64,000 nt of DNA, taken from positions 1,233,432 to 1,297,431 of the forward strand of contig JAHPZH010000001.1 of assembly GCA_019058315.1 (NCBI GenBank). The letters are read 5' to 3'. This DNA is from Candidatus Helarchaeota archaeon (GTDB lineage: Archaea > Asgardarchaeota > Lokiarchaeia > Helarchaeales > RDOG01). This document shows, piece by piece, positions 60,258 to 64,000 of this stretch; the stretch's first letter is position 1; the number at the start of each line of letters is the position of its first letter. The notes beneath the pieces were generated by a model. The model searched no databases. It saw only the letters and a program-made list of their open reading frames with translations, and was not told the DNA's origin. Both the position numbers and the translations under genes were made by a program.

Positions 60258-60376
60258 CGGTAAATACTAAATATTTCAAAGTTTAAATTAAAATACATAA
60301 GTCTCTCACCATTTCATCTCAAATGAAGGAGAATATAATATTAATTTTAAAAAAATTATCAAATTTTTGAATGAAA

Positions 60377-61153
60377 TTAATCCGCCCATCCAATTCTACG
60401 TTTAAACCAATCTGGCATAGCGAAACAGACATAGAAAATAATTGCGGCAGGAATAAATAACACTTGGATGGTTGAAAGCTCTCTTGAAATTGATGTAAAG
60501 ACAATAGCTATAACAAATAATAAAATACCAATTCCAAACCAAATTGAACGGTTACTATTAGCTTTATTTTCATTTCGGACTTTTTTAGCAAAATAGAAAA
60601 AAACTCCAACTGGAATCGCACCAAATGGTATTAAAAGAATTATACGTATTAAGATAATTTCAATAGAGAAGAAAATTGCAAAATCAACAATTTTAGTGTG
60701 TGGAGGACCTTGAATAATTGCCCAACTTTGAGTCCCTAGTAAAATACCTGATAATACTAATAAAAATATAAATATGACGTTAAAACGTTTAGGATAAGTA
60801 ACACGAATTGCAAATGCATTAACAAATAAATAACATATTTGAGCGGAAAGGTACATATTTATTGTTAAAAGTTCTCCTAGCCCTGGTAAACCCCAAGTTG
60901 CGTAACATAATCTTGAAAATACAACTAGTACATTACTAATTATTAAAAATATCATTCCTAATAAAAAGAGCAAAGTTTCTGTTAATTTGTCTCTTCTATA
61001 ATCCTTATATAATTCATAAATTATAAGAAATAAGAATAGCCCAGCAACACCATAGATCACAATTCCAAAAATTTCGAATAGTAGATTAGTAGTATTAAGA
61101 CCAAGTAGTTGATAAATAATATACTGAAAAGGATAATCCCACGACGCAACCAT
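60377..61153 (-). CDS. Seven-TM membrane protein, unknown function
   Basis: About seven hydrophobic helices, C-terminal MPDWFKRRIG; the N-terminus resembles that of 21635-22711. Confidence 0.75.
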   Translation of the reverse strand: MVASWDYPFQYIIYQLLGLNTTNLLFEIFGIVIYGVAGLFLFLIIYELYKDYRRDKLTETLLFLLGMIFLIISNVLVVFSRLCYATWGLPGLGELLTINMYLSAQICYLFVNAFAIRVTYPKRFNVIFIFLLVLSGILLGTQSWAIIQGPPHTKIVDFAIFFSIEIILIRIILLIPFGAIPVGVFFYFAKKVRNENKANSNRSIWFGIGILLFVIAIVFTSISRELSTIQVLFIPAAIIFYVCFAMPDWFKRRIGWAD

Positions 61154-61387
61154 TTTCTATCTTCCTTTTTTTAAAATAGTCTTATTTTACATATAATGAT
61201 TTTTATTAGATATATTGAGCATATTAATTAATCTTTTCTTTTGGTAATTATAGCTTATTTTTTAAAAATATAATAATTCATCAGATATTAGAATTTAGAA
61301 CTCAAAGAAATTAATCAAATTTGTTTAATTTTATATTCTCAAAATATTAATGATATAATAAAATCATCAAATAAGGAAAATAATTAT

Positions 61388-64000
61388 ATGGTCGATTTAT
61401 TAAATAATGAGCTTTCAGATCAGATTAATAATTTAAGCCACAAAGCCGAAGAGGAGGAATTAAAATACAATTGGCTTAAAGAAATTGAAATTTTAAAAAA
61501 AGCAGAAAAAATAAGTTCAGAGGAAAATTTCAAGTTAAAAAATGGAGAAATTAATTTTAAATTGGGCGAAATTTATTTAATGGCTGCAAATTTTGGAAAA
61601 ACTGAAGAAAATGTAATAATAAACTTTCAATTATCTAAGAATCATTTTCTAAAGAGTTTGGAGATATTTAAAGACCTTAATATTGAAGAAAAAATATATG
61701 CTACATTAGGTTTCATTGATTATCTAGATTACATATTAGAAACTGAAGCAATTGAAGAAAATATATTAGATAGGGCAAAAAATGAATTCAAAAAAGCGAA
61801 ATTAATTAATTTTAATAAAGGGGATTTAATTGAATCTTTAAAATCGGCAATTTTTGAAAGTAGATTCATAAATCTAATTATGTGTGAAAAACTTATTTGC
61901 ATAGACCCAAATATAGATTTCATCGAATTAGCTTCAGATTATGAAAATCTGGTTGCAAAAATTTGGGTAGATATTAAAAATCAACAACAAGATTTACCCG
62001 AATTTTATTACTATTTCTTTTTGAAAAATATCGTCCATTTTGTAACTTTAATTTTTTATTTCTTACCAGTTAAAGTATCAGTTAAAAGACAGCTTCTAAT
62101 CAATAATTTGAATATTATTTCGGAATTTATAGATAAAATCGAAAATTCAAAGAAAGAATTAAGTTCATTTTATGCTTATTCAATATGCTCTTCATTTAAC
62201 ATGGTATATTCAATATTTTATGTCGAAAGTCAATTTGAGCAGAAAAAATATTTAAAATCTGCACAAAAATGGTTACGAAAAGCAGAAATTTTATTACCTA
62301 ATATCACTGCGAATTCAGCATTGAGAACATTCTATTTCACACGATTTACAGTGTCTATTTTTTTAATTAGACTAGGTTTTTTTGCTAGAGATTTTAAACA
62401 TGTAATGGAAGATTTAAATGAATGTGTTAATCTACTTTTTATTCTTTTTCCCAGAATATTTGGTATAGTTATTACTTTCCTTTCTGTAAATGTTTTTTTA
62501 GCAGCAGCTAATAATCCTTCAGCTCCAGAAGTTCAAAGATTTGATTTTGCTGAAAAAGCTATGGATTTGATTAATTCTAAAATAAATAAATTTTCATTAC
62601 TAAACAATCCAAATTATAAACTCTTTACTATAACAAAAGATGTTCAACTATGTATGGCATTTGGGATATTAGGGGATTTAAGTAAAAATAAAGAAGAGAG
62701 AGATAGATATATTAAGAATTCAAAAACTCTTTTTGATAATTTGTCAAAATTTGATAATCCTTTTATAACAGACAATTATCTTTACTTAACTATAGTTCCT
62801 AGGATTGGAAAAACATTAGCTAGTCATTCAAAAGAGAAAAATAACAAAGTATATTATGACCAAAAGGTAATAGATATATTATTACGTGGTAGAGAAATGG
62901 CAATGGCTTATTTCGATGTCGAGAACCAATTTTTAATTGGAGAAACATATTTTGAAATGGCAACACTAACCAATGATGATAAAATACTAAAAAAAGCTTA
63001 TTCATCATATATGAATACCATTAAATTCTGCAAAGATAAAGGGTATTTTAATTTAGTGGGAACTGCATATATTAATCTTGCCCAAATTGAAGATAGATTA
63101 GAAAATTATTTATCTGCATCAGATAATTATAAAAAAGCCATAGATTCATTCGATCAGGCAATTATGACTCTTACATACACAAAATTGAGTAAAAAGATTG
63201 AGAAGCTAAAAAAATATGTAGAAGCCTGGAGTATAATTGAAATAGCTAAATCATACCATGTAAAAGAGGAACATCATGAAGCACAATTAAATTATGAGCA
63301 AGCTAGCAGAATATTAAATGATTTACGTGATTATAAATTCGAATCACCTTTTTATTCTGCATGGGGTGTGCTAGAAAAAGCAGAAGATTTAAGTAAAATA
63401 AATAAACATCAAGAAGCTGCAGCTACATATTTAGTATCAAAAAATAAATTCCACGATGCTTTAGAAACCCTCAATTCTTACTTGAAAAAAAGAAAATCTC
63501 TTGAGGATATAGATCGAATTTCCAAGTTAACTCAAGTTGCAATGATACGTGAAACATATTGCGACGCTAGATACGAGATTGAAACCGCAAGAATAGAAAG
63601 TAGAAAGGGAAATCATTTAATCGCAGCTGAACTTTATAATAAAGCAAGTGTCGCTTTTGAAAATATATGTCAAAAATTTAAAATTCGACATGAAAGGGAT
63701 GAGTTATCAGCGATTTACTATCTCTGTAAGGCTTGGGAGAAGATGGAACAAGCAGAAGGAGAACAAAAACCAAATCTTTATGATGTGGCCTCACAACTCT
63801 TTGAAAAGGCGAGTAAAATATTTCCGGAAAGTCGTATGAAAAAATTATCTATAGGGAATTCACTTTTTTGTTCCGCTCTTGAACAAGGGAGTTACTTTGA
63901 TAAAACCACTGAATTGGATGAAAAGATTAAACATTATAAAAAAATAAAGATGTATTTACGAGAATCGTCAAAAAACTATCAATTGGGTGGATTCAAACAG
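61388..64000 (+). CDS. Large alpha-helical TPR-like repeat protein (partial; at least 871 aa)
   Basis: Not in the ORF track because there is no stop in the window. ATG at 61388, MVDLLNNELSDQ..., open to ...NYQLGGFKQ. TPR-like segments include GTAYINLAQIEDRLENYLSASDNYKKAI. Confidence 0.85.
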   Translation, partial: MVDLLNNELSDQINNLSHKAEEEELKYNWLKEIEILKKAEKISSEENFKLKNGEINFKLGEIYLMAANFGKTEENVIINFQLSKNHFLKSLEIFKDLNIEEKIYATLGFIDYLDYILETEAIEENILDRAKNEFKKAKLINFNKGDLIESLKSAIFESRFINLIMCEKLICIDPNIDFIELASDYENLVAKIWVDIKNQQQDLPEFYYYFFLKNIVHFVTLIFYFLPVKVSVKRQLLINNLNIISEFIDKIENSKKELSSFYAYSICSSFNMVYSIFYVESQFEQKKYLKSAQKWLRKAEILLPNITANSALRTFYFTRFTVSIFLIRLGFFARDFKHVMEDLNECVNLLFILFPRIFGIVITFLSVNVFLAAANNPSAPEVQRFDFAEKAMDLINSKINKFSLLNNPNYKLFTITKDVQLCMAFGILGDLSKNKEERDRYIKNSKTLFDNLSKFDNPFITDNYLYLTIVPRIGKTLASHSKEKNNKVYYDQKVIDILLRGREMAMAYFDVENQFLIGETYFEMATLTNDDKILKKAYSSYMNTIKFCKDKGYFNLVGTAYINLAQIEDRLENYLSASDNYKKAIDSFDQAIMTLTYTKLSKKIEKLKKYVEAWSIIEIAKSYHVKEEHHEAQLNYEQASRILNDLRDYKFESPFYSAWGVLEKAEDLSKINKHQEAAATYLVSKNKFHDALETLNSYLKKRKSLEDIDRISKLTQVAMIRETYCDARYEIETARIESRKGNHLIAAELYNKASVAFENICQKFKIRHERDELSAIYYLCKAWEKMEQAEGEQKPNLYDVASQLFEKASKIFPESRMKKLSIGNSLFCSALEQGSYFDKTTELDEKIKHYKKIKMYLRESSKNYQLGGFKQ

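Overview
This is a very AT-rich archaeal chromosomal segment, most likely from an Asgard archaeon (Lokiarchaeia/Helarchaeales-like). The assignment is inferred from archaeal core genes (cdc48, psmB, argS, nop5, fibrillarin, cdc6, radA, elp3, aIF-1A) occurring alongside Rab-like GTPases, longin-like domains and tandem winged-helix proteins. I found no rRNA, tRNA, CRISPR array or transposase. Three CDSs missing from the ORF track were recovered by reading: a partial nitroreductase (1-531), a 59-aa zinc-finger protein (2094-2273) and a >870-aa TPR-like protein (61388 to the window end). The most notable candidates are: (1) a membrane protein carrying the signature motifs of human CLN6, the ER protein mutated in Batten disease; (2) three tandem ~55-aa paralogous membrane micro-proteins sharing a PD[LM][LI]D hinge, inside a cluster of small membrane proteins; (3) a possible receptor-to-GTPase toolkit made of a 2021-aa sequon-rich single-pass protein with a cytoplasmic longin-like domain, a 7TM-longin fusion and two Rab-like GTPases; (4) a protein of seven winged-helix repeats resembling UFL1/DDRGK1; (5) an eL13 ribosomal protein fused to four HhH modules; (6) a Phr/HSR1-type heat-shock operon with a matching operator. 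All homology calls come from motifs recognised by eye and from memory of the families; no searches were run.
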